Assembly (NCBI GenBank): GCA_024679065.1
Contig: JAGIQG010000021.1
Span: 29,202,001 to 29,266,000 of the forward strand
Source: Sphyrna mokarran
Lineage: Eukaryota
Length of the DNA stretch: 64,000 bases
Reading direction: 5' to 3'
Shown: in pieces, positions 25,525 to 37,559 of the stretch
Layout: each line of letters begins with the position of its first letter
Numbering within the stretch: position 1 is the first letter of the stretch
The notes under the pieces: generated by a model
Told to the model about the DNA's origin: nothing
What the model saw: only the letters and a program-made list of their open reading frames with translations
Databases searched by the model: none
Made by a program: the position numbers and the translations under genes

Positions 25525-25800
25525 GCAGGGCTTTAGTCAGCTTCCTGGTGCCCTTTGACATCTCAACCAAGTGACTATTGTTTAAGTGAGCATCAACAGA
25601 CTGTTCAAACCTGAGGGGCACTTTAGCCAAGTCTGATTCTGTCCTCCCTAATGTCCATTAAAATAATTACAACCAGCAGGAGGATAATCAGGAGAAAAAT
25701 CACCTGCTGATTCGCCATTCCTTGAACACTGAGACCAAATGCCAGCCTAGCAGAGATCAATAACTCAACAAACATTGGGAATGGAAGCCGTGACCACTAC
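25525..25800 (-). mobile_element. Old degenerate SINE-like repeat
   Basis: Ends in a reversed tRNA-like head (gagatcaataactca...gggaatggaagccgtgacc); family not resolved. Confidence 0.35.
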
Positions 25801-27608
25801 AGTTTGTTCCAATTAGCTGTTCATAAGATTACTAAATTTATTAAGCTGAGTAGCCCAATAATCACATTCTAAAATACCACATAATGTAGTTCCAACTAGA
25901 AATGCATGGAAAATTAGGTTGTGATATTTTTTTATTCTAATAAGACTGTCAAATTGTTCCTTCACAATTTTAAAGATGACAAAAACTAACATGAAAATGG
26001 CCATTTTAGGTCTGAACAATTGCTTGAAGTAGTATTTGACATCATGGTCCATTTTTCTGATAGTACGGATCTAAAATTTTTGACAACTAACGTTCTGTCA
26101 GTATTTTCTTTTGTGTGACATACTGGTATATATTTATTGGACAAAACGTTTTAGACCTTGAGATTTAGTTACTGGAATGCATTACCAATCTTTATTGTTT
26201 AATATTTGGCAATGAAATGTCTCATCCAGAAATACATTGTTAAGCATTACTGCAAAATAAAAGGCCAGCCACACATCATTTGACTGCACAATGTCTTTTC
26301 CGAACAGATGTGCATGCAATTATAATACAGCATGGTCACAGTGGAGCTCTCATTTTGACTCGTAAAAGAAATACTAACTTGAGAATGTCTTTCAAGCTAG
26401 TCGGAAGTATGCCACTGCTGGCACCCCAAAACAGCCCTCTATATGATACAACATTGAGAGTCAATACTAAACTACTGCAATCAACAACTTTTGCAAATAC
26501 ATTTAACACATTTGAAAATATATCTGCGTTTTAACTATCATTTTGGAAATAAACCTATACAAATGGTTTCATTTCAAAACCATGTTCAACCACAGTGGCC
26601 TTTTGAAGCAGTATTATCCTTATAAATGCAACATCTGTTAGGTGGTAAAGGACCACATTAAACATCAAATATCAAATTAATAACCTGACAGTTGTGTTTA
26701 ATCTTTTTCAAGATAGTAGCTTTTCTCTTTTAAATTTTTGTTAACGCATCAATGAAATAAACATTGGTAATCAAAATGATAGCAAATTCCACGCTGCAAG
26801 ACTGAAAAGCTGTATATTAATATTCCATTTTGTAAAGTTGATCAGAAAATTAACTAGGCCAAACTGCATTGGAAATAATAAAATGGGGCATTCAGGCAAA
26901 GTGTATTTCATAAGATCACTTTACTCAAAAGTCAATCCAAAATTGGTAGGAAAAAAAAACACTCTTACACACGCTTACCAGGCAATGCTTACTGCACACT
27001 TTGGTTCAGTTTCCTCCAACTTATAATGTCACAATACCCGTGCCTCAATAAGTGCAATGGCATATTAATTTACTGAGAAAAATGAAGCATCAAATAGGTG
27101 TGTGGAAAACATAACCTGGTTGTGCACATTATACCTAGCTTGTTCTTTATGGAAATATGTCCCAACAAATGCCTGGATTCATACCCATATGTAGGTACAG
27201 GATTTTAAAAAAAACATGTGTGATTATGTTATGATGAGATGGCATGCACTGGAATCCAGGAGAGAACATCAGCTGTTAAGTCCAGAGCTAAAATGTTAGA
27301 TTATCACTACATCAACTTCCCTAATATAGTGCAGTTTTGTCTTCAGAATTCTACTCAAAAATTCTTGTTACGCATTTAAGCTCCTCTGGTGCAGATTAAT
27401 CCCAAAGATATTAAAGGGGTCCAATTGACTGACATCTTTCACTGACATTATTAGGTAATATGTGCACTAAATTAGCAAATCTTGTTTAACACAGTTGGCA
27501 GCTGTTTTCAATTTACTAATTTCTTTCAATGTGTAATAAATATACAGGTCTCAGTTAAACACAACATTCTTAACACCTATTTTCTCTTTGCCAGTCTTTG
27601 GGGTTTAC

Positions 27609-27800
27609 CTGGTGGCCAGTTAATGTTGGAGCCATTTGAGATCTTATCGGCAGGGGATTTGGCACGTGTCCAGCTATCACTGACTGGTACCGGTGGACTG
27701 GCTGGTGACTCACTGCTGGTTATCAGATCATATGGACTGTAGGAGTCCTCAAGGGAGGGCTTGCTTGTTGGACCAATATTGAGACCTCCAGGGATAGCAC
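27609..27800 (-). CDS. tnrc6c: TNRC6C coding exon (start of PAM2)
   Basis: cag|GT AIPGGLNIG...DSWTRAKSPADKISNGSNINWPP G|gtaaa; 192 nt. Confidence 0.95.
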
Positions 27801-28432
27801 CTGAATATGCGTCAAGTGGGACAGAAAGGCAAGGTCATGGATATAAAAACATTTTGCTATGGACCTGACTCTGAATCTCAACAGTAGCTAAATTAGACCC
27901 AATTAGTTTACTAAATGCTGATGTAAGTCAGAATGAGACTTTGATGATCTATTGCTTCCTTTATTACAGTATTAAAACAAATTTCATAGGTAAAACAAAA
28001 GTAAAACAATTTATCACAGTTAACTTAGAAAATATCACAACTGAAGAAATGTTCTGTGGTCTATTGTCCCAATTGAAATTTGCAAAGAAAATTCAGTACT
28101 CAAAGGGCTAAAAGACATCATCACATGCTTTCAAGTTTGTCCTCTGTTTTAGCTGAATGTGCAAGACAAGAAAACGAACTGTTGTGTTGAATCTGACATT
28201 GAAGTCAGTTTGATGTTTAATTAATTTTAAAATGATGTAGCATGTTCTTAGAATTTGAAACACGTACATGTAGAGCCTTTCAAGAGACAGCCAATCAAAG
28301 TGCACTGAGCCTATTTTCATTGTTATATTCTTGCATTTTCCAGCAAGTCTATTGAGCTCCTGCAAGAATTTAAAACCAACTGACCAATGAAAGATTTTGG
28401 CTTGCAAGTACTCTGCCCTTTAGGGCTCTTAC

Positions 28433-28600
28433 CATGCTTGCTCTGGTTCTGGTCCAGCGATAAAGAATTGCCGCTTAAATTTTCCATAGAGTTTGGGTGG
28501 GTCCACTGCCTCAATCGAGATTGGGCTTGAGCTGAATCCTTTAAGGATAAACCACCACTTAGTTCCATGTTGTTTACATTCATGTTCGGGATCAATCCAG
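28433..28600 (-). CDS. tnrc6c: TNRC6C coding exon containing CIM1 (CCR4-NOT interaction motif)
   Basis: cag|CT GLIPNMNVNNMELSGGLSLKDSAQAQSRLRQWTHPNSMENL...SKH G|gtaag; 168 nt; QSRLxQW motif. Confidence 0.95.
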
Positions 28601-28854
28601 CTGTAAGTGAAAAACATGAGGGATCAGATTGTTTAAATAATTCCCTTCACAAACCACCTATACTTTGTTCATCATAAACTTCTGATCTAATCAACTGAGA
28701 AAGTCAGAGGTTAGCTTCCAAGTAGTTGCAAAAGTTTTCTTCGAGCAAAATACAATTCAGTGTTAGAACTCATTTCATAACCGAACCAAGAATTTTCAGA
28801 AGTCAGCAACCCTGGAACATCATAACAGTGGATTTTCTGGAGTCAGTGTCCACA

Positions 28855-29148
28855 AGGTTTGTTTATTTAATTGTGTCACAAGTATGATTACAATAACACT
28901 GCAATGAAGTTACTATGAAAATCCTTAGTTGCCATACCCTGGCACCATTTCAGGGAGACTTTATGGGGCCAATGCACTTAACCAACATATCTTTCGGACT
29001 GTGGGAGGAAACTGGAGCATCCAAAGGAAACCCAAGCAGCTACTGAGAGAACGTGCAGACTCTGCACAGCCAGTGATTCAAACCAGGAATCAAACGCAGG
29101 TCCCTGGTGTTGTGAAGTAGCGGTGCTAACCACTGTACCACCGTGCCC
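28855..29148 (-). mobile_element. HE1-like SINE, subfamily with alternative tail
   Basis: Reverse head gtgctaaccactgtaccaccgtgccc; tail gtgtcacaagta...acactgcaatgaagttact. Confidence 0.85.
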
Positions 29149-30023
29149 CTGTTCTATCTTCCAGCTACAACATTCCTCGAGATCTATCTTTTTCAAGCAG
29201 TCCATCATCGAGCCTGAGTGCTCTTCATTTTCAGGAGGTCCCTCATCTTTTTTCAGTTGTCAGTCAATGATGTCGGGCGTCTTTTCAATGTGGCACCCAA
29301 ATACAAGGGTGGACTATGCATCATGAGACCTGCCCTATCATGGTACATGGCACAAAACAAATTGTTGCATAATTAATGAGGTTGGGGCCAGAAGATTCGG
29401 CATGTTTTCCCATTGGCTTCTGCAGCAAGAAACACACCATGCCCCACCTCCACCTCAGGGCTCGGTGCCCATGTGGAAGAATTATGCCCTATCTTTCTAT
29501 AACAATTCCAGTTGCAAATATGAGCAAATGAATACATCTGATAATACAGCCATTAACATCTCTATTTCACAGAACTGTTTGTAAAATACCTTTAATGTTA
29601 CCAAATGTCTCAATTTTGATGTAAGCTGACTGATCTAGTTTTGGAAAAGAGTAACTATGATGACCAGGAGCAAAATTTGAGGTACAGCTTGAATTGCCAA
29701 AACACAAACATTAAAAAGAATAGAACTTACAACTGCTGAAAGATGGCATGTTAAAACCAGAGATGAAACATGCTTGCTTTTGTTGCACATCCTTAGAACA
29801 TCCCAATCTGCAATACAGCTCAAGTAGTTTGCTCTAATTGAAGGCAAAGATGACAGCCAATACATCCACAACCAGATCCCAAAAATTAGTTTATGTCCAG
29901 GTAATTTCCTTGAAGCTATAATGTTGTTTGAAGTACATTTACTTAAGTGCAGCTCTTTATTTTTCAAAGAAAACAACTCTACTAATATCAATGCACTATT
30001 TTTTGTTCTAGCAATGCACTTAC

Positions 30024-30246
30024 CCAAGGAATATGCAGGGAAAGAATTGGGTGATGTCTGCTGTTCTTTGGTCTGCAGGTCTGAAAGGCTGGGAGGCGGA
30101 TGATGACTCAGATTATCAATGGTTACTTTGCCTGCAGATGGGTGTAATGGTGGATGTGGTGGTTGCTGTTTCATAAGCAAGGCCTGGGTCAGCTGCCGCT
30201 GGTGCTGTTGGATCTGCTGCTGCATGTTGTTGATTGTACGTGCAAC
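30024..30246 (-). CDS. tnrc6c: TNRC6C coding exon (Q-rich)
   Basis: cag|VARTINNMQQQIQQHQRQLTQALLMKQQPP...DLQTKEQQTSPNSFPAYSL G|gtaag; 223 nt. Confidence 0.95.
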
Positions 30247-30984
30247 CTGTCAAGAAAGAAAAAAAAACAAGTATTTAGAAGCGGTGTGAATATCAGTGAG
30301 CAGAAGTTCCAATTCCCTCCTAACAAACTTCAGTTTTAAGCATAGCTAATTAATAAAATGGGAGAGACCATTTTCCTAAAGCTACATATATTTTATTGAA
30401 TTGTCACTTACATTAAATTTGCTAAGTAGGTCACGCATTTTGAATTTTAGGCTGAATTTTACAGGCTATGTGCAGGTGAGGAAACTGGCAGGTGGAGCTA
30501 TAAATAGGGCACCTATGCTCACATCAATTTTACAGGTGGCAGAGGCAACATTGCATGGATGGTCTCTACCTGGCCAAATTGAGATCTTCAAATGGACAAT
30601 CAATGTCCAATTAAAGGCCTCATCCCACTACCACTCTGATTTAACAAGTGATAAGAGATCCATGTCCAGCATGTACACTATGGCACGTACACTAACAGAC
30701 CCATGAATGAGTCTGTTGTCTATCGGAGACTGTTTCCAGCAGTTTTGCCTCCCCGTGATTGCCTGTCTTTTTGGCCAGCTATGGTCCATTAACAAAGATG
30801 TCCTACTAAATTTATATTTAATCAAATAATTTGTACATGTGGAACAATGACCTGGAGGATCTATTAAGCAAACCAATAACTATCAGGCCATGGTGTGATC
30901 TTATTTTTAATAAGCAGTTTCATGTAGTTTCTTGGAAGGTTGATAATAATTCATTTGAAAAAATTTAATATTTTGAAATTATAC

Positions 30985-31660
30985 TAGACCAGATTTTCTT
31001 CTTCATTATAAAGGCACAGCTTTTGCCATTCACATCATGTGCAGTTGCCCAGAGACTTTTCACAGGATTAAGTGGGGATTTCAGCTAAAAGTGGCTCCAC
31101 AGAAGCGTCTGCTACAAATGATTTGTGAGATCTGAGTCAGGACAAGAGGTCATTTCAAATAATCAGACTGAAGAATCCTCATTACAAACACACAAGCCAA
31201 GAAAGTACATAAATGTTGCTTGTAAATTATTGTGCAAGGATACCAAATAAATATTGGGACATACAAAGGATTGATGAAAGGTAAATAAATAAACAAATTT
31301 TACATTAGTTTTTTATTAAAAAATTGCAACATTAATTTGAATGAAATGTCACATTAGCAAAATTAATTTTTCAGTGCTAAAGGTTGTTTAATGATAATCA
31401 TCACTCACTACATTGTCAGGAATGCATACATCTGAATGTAGATGCCCCAACTTTTCAACGAAAACTAGTGAGCAATTACCCCAAGCTCATGTGCTTGCTA
31501 CGCTTAGTCCATCAGTGAAGAATGCAATTGCACACTCTGGGGAAGCAGGGTACCACTGATAACACTTCTGGATTTCCGAAAGTTGATACCAGATTTGCCC
31601 TGTATTAATGATGAGTGTAGTCAGCCCCATTATTATTATTACAGCTAAATCTGAGGCCAG
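30985..31660. mobile_element. Old non-autonomous DNA element (weakly related to about 400-960)
   Basis: Ends gaccagatttt / aaatctgaggcc are TIR-like; the internal segment weakly matches the reverse complement of 660-790. Confidence 0.35.
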
Positions 31661-31974
31661 CAGGTATGCATGAGAAAATATGCAACTGTTGGTGCATGTA
31701 ATAGCTTCAGATCAGTTGAAAAGCTGTACAATATGGCAAAATGTTGCAGAACATTTTCCAGAATGAGCAAAGGACTCAATTGCTTCCCAAGGATTTGTAA
31801 GAACATTTCATGCATGCAAGTAAGAACTTGCATTCATGAAAGGCTGAAATCTTTAATTTGCAATTTAATATATTTAATGGATAGTAGAATCCTGTCTGAA
31901 ATTTTGAAGTTTCATATTGTATTTCCCACAGGTTAAGTGTGTTGTTTTCTTGATTAAAGCCACATTTCCTTAAA

Positions 31975-32620
31975 TCGGCCTCGCAGGTGGAGGAAGTGGT
32001 CAAGAAGGCGTACGGTGTACTGGCCTTCATTAATCAAGGAATAGAGTTTAGGAGTCAGGAGGTAATGATGCAGCTCTATAAGACTCTTGTCAGACCCCAG
32101 TTGGAGTATTGTGCGCAGTTCTGGTCGCCTCATTATAGGAAGGATGTAGAGGCTATTGAGAGGGTTCAGAGGAGATTTACAAGGATGCTGCCTGGATTGG
32201 GAGGCAGGCCTTATGAAGATAGGTTGAGGGAGCTGGGACTCTTCTTGCTGGAGAGACGTACGTTGAGAGGCGACCTGATAGAGGTTTATAAAATGTTGAG
32301 AGGAATAGATAGGGTGGACTCTCAGAGACTATTTCCCCGAGCTGAAATGGTCACTACGAGAGGACACAGATTTAAGGTGTAGGGAAGCAAATACAAAGAA
32401 GATGTCAGGGGTAGGTTTTTCACTCAGAGGGTGGTGAGTGAATGGAACCGACTGCCGTCGGAGGTTGTTGAGGCAAACTCACTGGGGTCTTTTAAGAGAC
32501 TTCTGGATGAGTATATGGAAAAGAATAGGATAGGGGTTATAGATAGGTCTGTGGATTGGTAGATGTGATCGGTGCAACTCGTGGGCCGAAGGGCCTGTTT
32601 GTGCTGTATTGTTCTATGTT
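31975..32620 (+). mobile_element. Young 5'-truncated CR1 LINE 3' end
   Basis: 131-aa open frame VVKKAYGVLAFI...LYKTLVRPQLEYCAQFWSPHYRKD...TRGHRFKV; tail gggccgaagggcctgtt...gttctatgtt; CpGs retained. Confidence 0.95.
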
Positions 32621-33095
32621 CCAGATGAGACTTCTTCAGGGTGCAGTGAAGAAGAAAATCAGCTTGGGTGAATATTTATTTTGATTCTGTCTTCTACTTA
32701 ATTTCACAGATTTACTGAATGATTTGGAACCAATGGGTTTAAAACACAAAAGTTAGTTTTGCCATCCCTTGGCAAGAATGCATCAATTCAACTGTGCTTT
32801 ACCATTGGCTAGCTAGACAGAATCATCTCTTTTTAAATACTAATGAAACAGTAAAGAAAAGCAGGTTGCATATTATATTCTCCTATGCATAAATAAGGGA
32901 AAAATTTGAAGATAATTTAGTGACTTTAAAAACTGCTCATCATATTAATCCATGCTGTGCAGAGAATACATATTTGCTTTCTGATGACTGATTCCAGATC
33001 TTAGATTGGCTATACTAAAAAAGGTTTCCTTTCAGTATCATGGTCCGTGAAATGTCTTGAAGTTGAGCAAGCGGCTGCCAGTTAACTATACCTAC

Positions 33096-33179
33096 TTGCT
33101 GCTCTTGTTGTCTAATGGTTCCAGAAACATTACGTTGGGCCTGTAACATCTGCTGCTGGAAGAGTAAACGCTGGTAGGC
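33096..33179 (-). CDS. tnrc6c: TNRC6C coding exon (Q-rich)
   Basis: cag|AYQRLLFQQQMLQAQRNVSGTIRQQEQQ|gtagg; 84 nt. Confidence 0.95.
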
Positions 33180-33564
33180 CTGCAAGCACAAAACGGAAAG
33201 TGAAAATGAGTAAAGTCTTCAAAGTGAATTCTGGAAGCACTTCAAAAATCTAACAAAAGATATTTCTGGCTTGATTTTTATAACACTGTGTTTCTATGGT
33301 GTTTGCTTCTTTGCCTTTTCTTTCCCAAATTCTTGCTGAAAGTCTGATTAATTGAAGACAAACTCCATTTTATTTTGGAATCAATGGATTTAATTAATGT
33401 CATATGATTTTCTTATGAAGAAAATATTTAGGTCAATTTCTTCACACTAATGTTTCCAAAGATTCCAATACAAGATTCTGCACCAGTATATATATTTTTA
33501 CAATAGCATAATTTTTTTTAAAAAAACACACTTAATAGTGGCATATTCTGTTCCAATAATTAAC

Positions 33565-33845
33565 AATAGAATCCCTATCATGCAGGAGGTCGTCATTCGG
33601 CCCATCGAGTCTGCACTGACCACCCAACACCCCCAACAACCCTCTCACTGCTTCCAACCTTATTGGCCATGGCCAATCCACCTGAGTTGCACATCTTTGG
33701 ACTGTGGGAGGAAACTGGACATGTGGAGGGAATCCATGAAGACATGGGGAGAATGTGCAAATTCCACACAGACAATCACCGAAGACCAAAAAGGAACCTG
33801 AGTCCCTGGTGCTGTGAGGCAACAGCGCTAACCACTGTGCCACTG
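33565..33845 (-). mobile_element. HE1-like SINE
   Basis: Reverse head gctgtgaggcaacagcgctaaccactgtgccac; core tttggactgtgggaggaaac. Confidence 0.85.
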
Positions 33846-34308
33846 TCTTTAGCCAATACTAGTAGAATTTTAGATTCCTTTGCTCACAATACTCCAACTC
33901 CCTTAAATGGGTAAGTGCATCTTTGTAACTAAATAGAAGTGCTGCATCTCAGAAAAAAAGGAAAATTCTCAAGAAGCTCAGAACTTTTGGTGACAATTAA
34001 AATGTCCAGCCTGCCTGCCAATGGCAGTGACATTGGGAAAATATGGAGTACAAGTTGATTTTCTTTTTTGACTAAAGGAAAGCAATATGATGGGGTGGGA
34101 AATTATGGTACAGAATCCAAACTAGTGCATGGAATCCCTTTATGGAGTGTCATCATTGAAAACATATATATATTTTGAAAACTGAATTAATCCCGTAGAG
34201 CCCACAAACAACCTATGATTGATAATTTATGGTAATTAGAAATGCATTTAAGTGCCATTGTGTTTGAGGGTTCCAATCCAGGAAAATGACTGTCACAACA
34301 GTACTTAC

Positions 34309-34428
34309 CAGCTGCAGCTGATAGAGTTGGTTTAACATAGTCATATGCTGAGGATTAATTGGCGAGGCTAATAGTGCAGGGTTGAGACCCATGTTTTTTG
34401 CTGCAAACTGCAAGAGCTGTGCTTGAAC
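34309..34428 (-). CDS. tnrc6c: TNRC6C coding exon (Q-rich)
   Basis: aag|VQAQLLQFAAKNMGLNPALLASPINPQHMTMLNQLYQLQL|gtaag; 120 nt. Confidence 0.95.
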
Positions 34429-34940
34429 CTTCAATGAACACAAAAATATTTAAGTATTTATAAATCTTTGAGTCCAGGATTTCATAGTGTCCTGAAAGCT
34501 TAGCATTTAAAAGTTTTAGTTTTATGAGCATTTTTAAAACTATGTACACAGCTTTTAAAATCTTGTTTCGAATATCAATGATACAGTGCTACATAAAATG
34601 CTATTTCAAATCCTTGGCACAGCCCAAATATCTTAATTTCATTAACTTGATAAACCAATGAAATGTAACAGTAAAATTTTAATGACCTCTATTTGTGAGG
34701 CTATTGATATGGTTCAAGACCAGAATTATTCATTCTTTACTCCAGCAATAAGTAAAATAAGCAATTAAAATTAATTATACATTGGTATCAAGGTTCAGAA
34801 ATCTTACGCAGTATATATTGTTCTTTTCTTATGGCATCCAAAACTAGCATTAGATGTGAGTGAATTCATGAATTTAGAAAAAGTGGTAGGCATGAATCGA
34901 GTGCTTCAATTGACTATACATGATGAGTAACTTTATGTAC

Positions 34941-35081
34941 CTGAGGGGATAGAAACTGAGGCACTTGAGCACGAAGACTAGGCTGGGATGAGTTTAGAGG
35001 TTGCACTGGCGGCTGCTGTTGCTGCTGCATGGTCCTGGCTTGTGCTGCTCCACTATTGCCAAACATACCTAGATTGCCACT
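34941..35081 (-). CDS. tnrc6c: TNRC6C coding exon (Q-rich region start)
   Basis: cag|[47 protein letters not shown]|gtaca; 141 nt. Confidence 0.93.
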
Positions 35082-35257
35082 CTGCAAATTCATAAAAATA
35101 CCTTTTTACCACATAGGAAAACAATCATATATCTTGTTCATCGCACATACATCTGAAGGTTTACACTAAAATTTCAGTGGAATGTTACCATTCTTTCATT
35201 TATTTTATAACTTCAACAGTAATCATTTTCATGATATATAACCAATCTTATTGAGAG

Positions 35258-36632
35258 ATAGTGGCATTGTGATATTGTCACTGGACTAGTAATCCAAAAA
35301 CCCAGGGCAGGAACCAGGGACTCTCATTTAAATTCCACCACGACAGATGGTGAAATTTGAATTCCATAAAGAAATTCAAAGTGTAAGGATGATCATGAAA
35401 CCGATGTCGATTATCATAAATCCATCTGATTCACTAATGTTCTTCAGGGAAGGAAATCTGTCATCCTTATCCAGACTGGCCTACATGTGACTCCAGAGCC
35501 ATAGCAACATGGCTGACTTATAAATGCACTCAGAAATGGAGAATGTAAAGACTAGGAACAGGAGTAAGCCACTTGGCCCCTCAAGCCTGCTCTGCCATTC
35601 AATACATGGCTGATCTTTTTGCGGATTCAGCTCCATTTATCCACTCGCTCACCATTATTCTTAACTTCTTTCCTGTTCAAAAATTTATCTATCCTTGCCT
35701 TAAAAACATTCAATGAGGTAGTCTCAACTACTTCATTGAGCAGGGAATTTCACTGTTTCACAACCCTTTAGGTGACAAAGTTCCTCTTCAACTCAGTCTT
35801 AAATCTGCCTCTCCTGACCTTGAGGTTATGTCCCCTAGCTCTGGTTTCACCCACCAGTGGAATCAACTTCCCCTCCTTCTATCTTATTTTTCCCTTCATA
35901 ATCTTAAGTTTCTATAAGATCTCTCCTCATTCTTCTGAATTCCAATGAGAATTCCAGTATACTCAGTCTCTGCTCATTAGCCAACCCTCTCAACTCCGGA
36001 ATCAACCTAGTAAATCTCCTCCGGTGTCAGTATTTCCTTTCTCAAGTAAGGAGACCAAAACTGGTATGGCCTCACCAGTATCTTATACAGCTGCAACATA
36101 ACCTTGTTGTTTTTAAACTCCATCTCTCTAGCATTGAAGGACAAAATTCCATTCGCCTTCTTAATTACCTGCTGAACCTGCAAACCAATTCCTTGAAATT
36201 CCTGCGCAAGGACACCCAGGTCCCTCTGCACAGCAGCATGTTGCAATTTTTTACCATTTAAATAATAGTCCATTTTGCTGTTATTCCTACCAAAATTGAA
36301 TATTCCAACATTATACTCCATCTGCCAGACCCTCGCCCAATCACTTAGATTATCTAAATCCGTTTACAGACTTCGTGTCCTCTGCACATTTTGGTCTGCC
36401 ATTCAACTTAGAGTCATCTCTGAATTTTGACAGACTACATTTGGTCCCCAACTCCAAATCATCGATGTAAATCATGAACAATTGCGGTCCTAACACTGAT
36501 CCCTGAGGCACCAGTCACTGATTGCCAACCAGAAAAATATCCATTTACCTGACTCTTTGCTTTCTATTAGAAAAGGGCAGTAAGAGGGCAATAAATGCTG
36601 GCCCAGCCATCAATGCTTACATCCCATAAATG
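35258..36632 (+). mobile_element. tRNA-derived SINE split by a CR1 insertion
   Basis: 5' part 35258-35540 (gtcactggactagtaatcca...ggaaggaaatctg...ctacatgtgactccag); tail resumes at 36575 (gggcaataaatgctggcccagcc). Confidence 0.7.
35545..36572 (-). mobile_element. CR1 LINE 3' fragment
   Basis: ORF 36007-36321 VQRDLGVL...QVQQVIKKANGILSF...LYKILVRP; CR1 3' tail near 35555. Confidence 0.9.
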
Positions 36633-37559
36633 TATGGAGAACCACCTCAATCCTTCAATATATTTAATTCAAATGTTCCAAGCAGCACGTATTTATGCAT
36701 GAGGTTTAACAAATTTGGATTTTTTTAAAAAATGGTTTAAAGACAGATGGCTGATAGAATTTCAAGGGAAACTTGGTCAACATTGTTGAGTATGCTAAGT
36801 TAAGGTTTCAATTAACGTTGCCCAGTTCCAGTGATAAAGCAATCGAGGCGTTTTTCACAGCCATATGAACAAACAGCTATCGTTCTAATGAATCTAAGTT
36901 AAACTTTGCACAGGATTTTATGACTGCACTCCGGTGAGATTGTAAAATCCCACCCAAGATCAATGAAGAATTCCGTTCTCCTAGCTCACCGACCCTGAAA
37001 TTCGAACCTCTGTTCTTCCTTAAAATACACACATGCAGATTAATACTTTTCTTACTTAACAGATTTTCAATAATGGAAAAGAGCTAAAGAAGTATTCAGC
37101 TCTTGATAGAAATGCAAAGTAGTACGGTAACCAAGAGCTCATTAGAAACAAATCTTGAAAAGTTTATTATGCAGTGGGTGCAGATGCAGAGAAAAGGATA
37201 AAAGATGATCCCTTCAAGTGGTTTCCAAAAATTTGTACAAGACTATCATTTGTGTTTCCTGCAAATGGTTACCATGCTATCTAAATCAAGCAACTGCAGC
37301 ATCAGGGAAGATAAACAACGTTGAATTGCTATTGTTGGACAGGAGGATGGGAATTTCAAACTTTTGAGCATTTTGGGATATTATATAATGAGGGTGTGAT
37401 AGTACTTTTAACTTATTGTCGATCACAGAATTCATACAATGCAGAATGAGGCCATTTGAACCGAGTCTGCACCAACTCTCCATCAGAGCGTCCCACCCAG
37501 GCTCTATCCCTATTATCCTACATGTTTACTCCACTAATTCCTCTAACCTATACCTTCAA

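Noticed and set aside
25314-27608. U12-type minor intron, suggested by TTCCTAAC near the acceptor
   Set aside because: The donor is GTAAAC, not the U12 consensus GTATCCTT
29635-30023. 196-aa ORF extending the Q-rich exon
   Set aside because: A strong GTAAG donor at 30023 fits the phase of the next exon; the extension has no recognisable protein character
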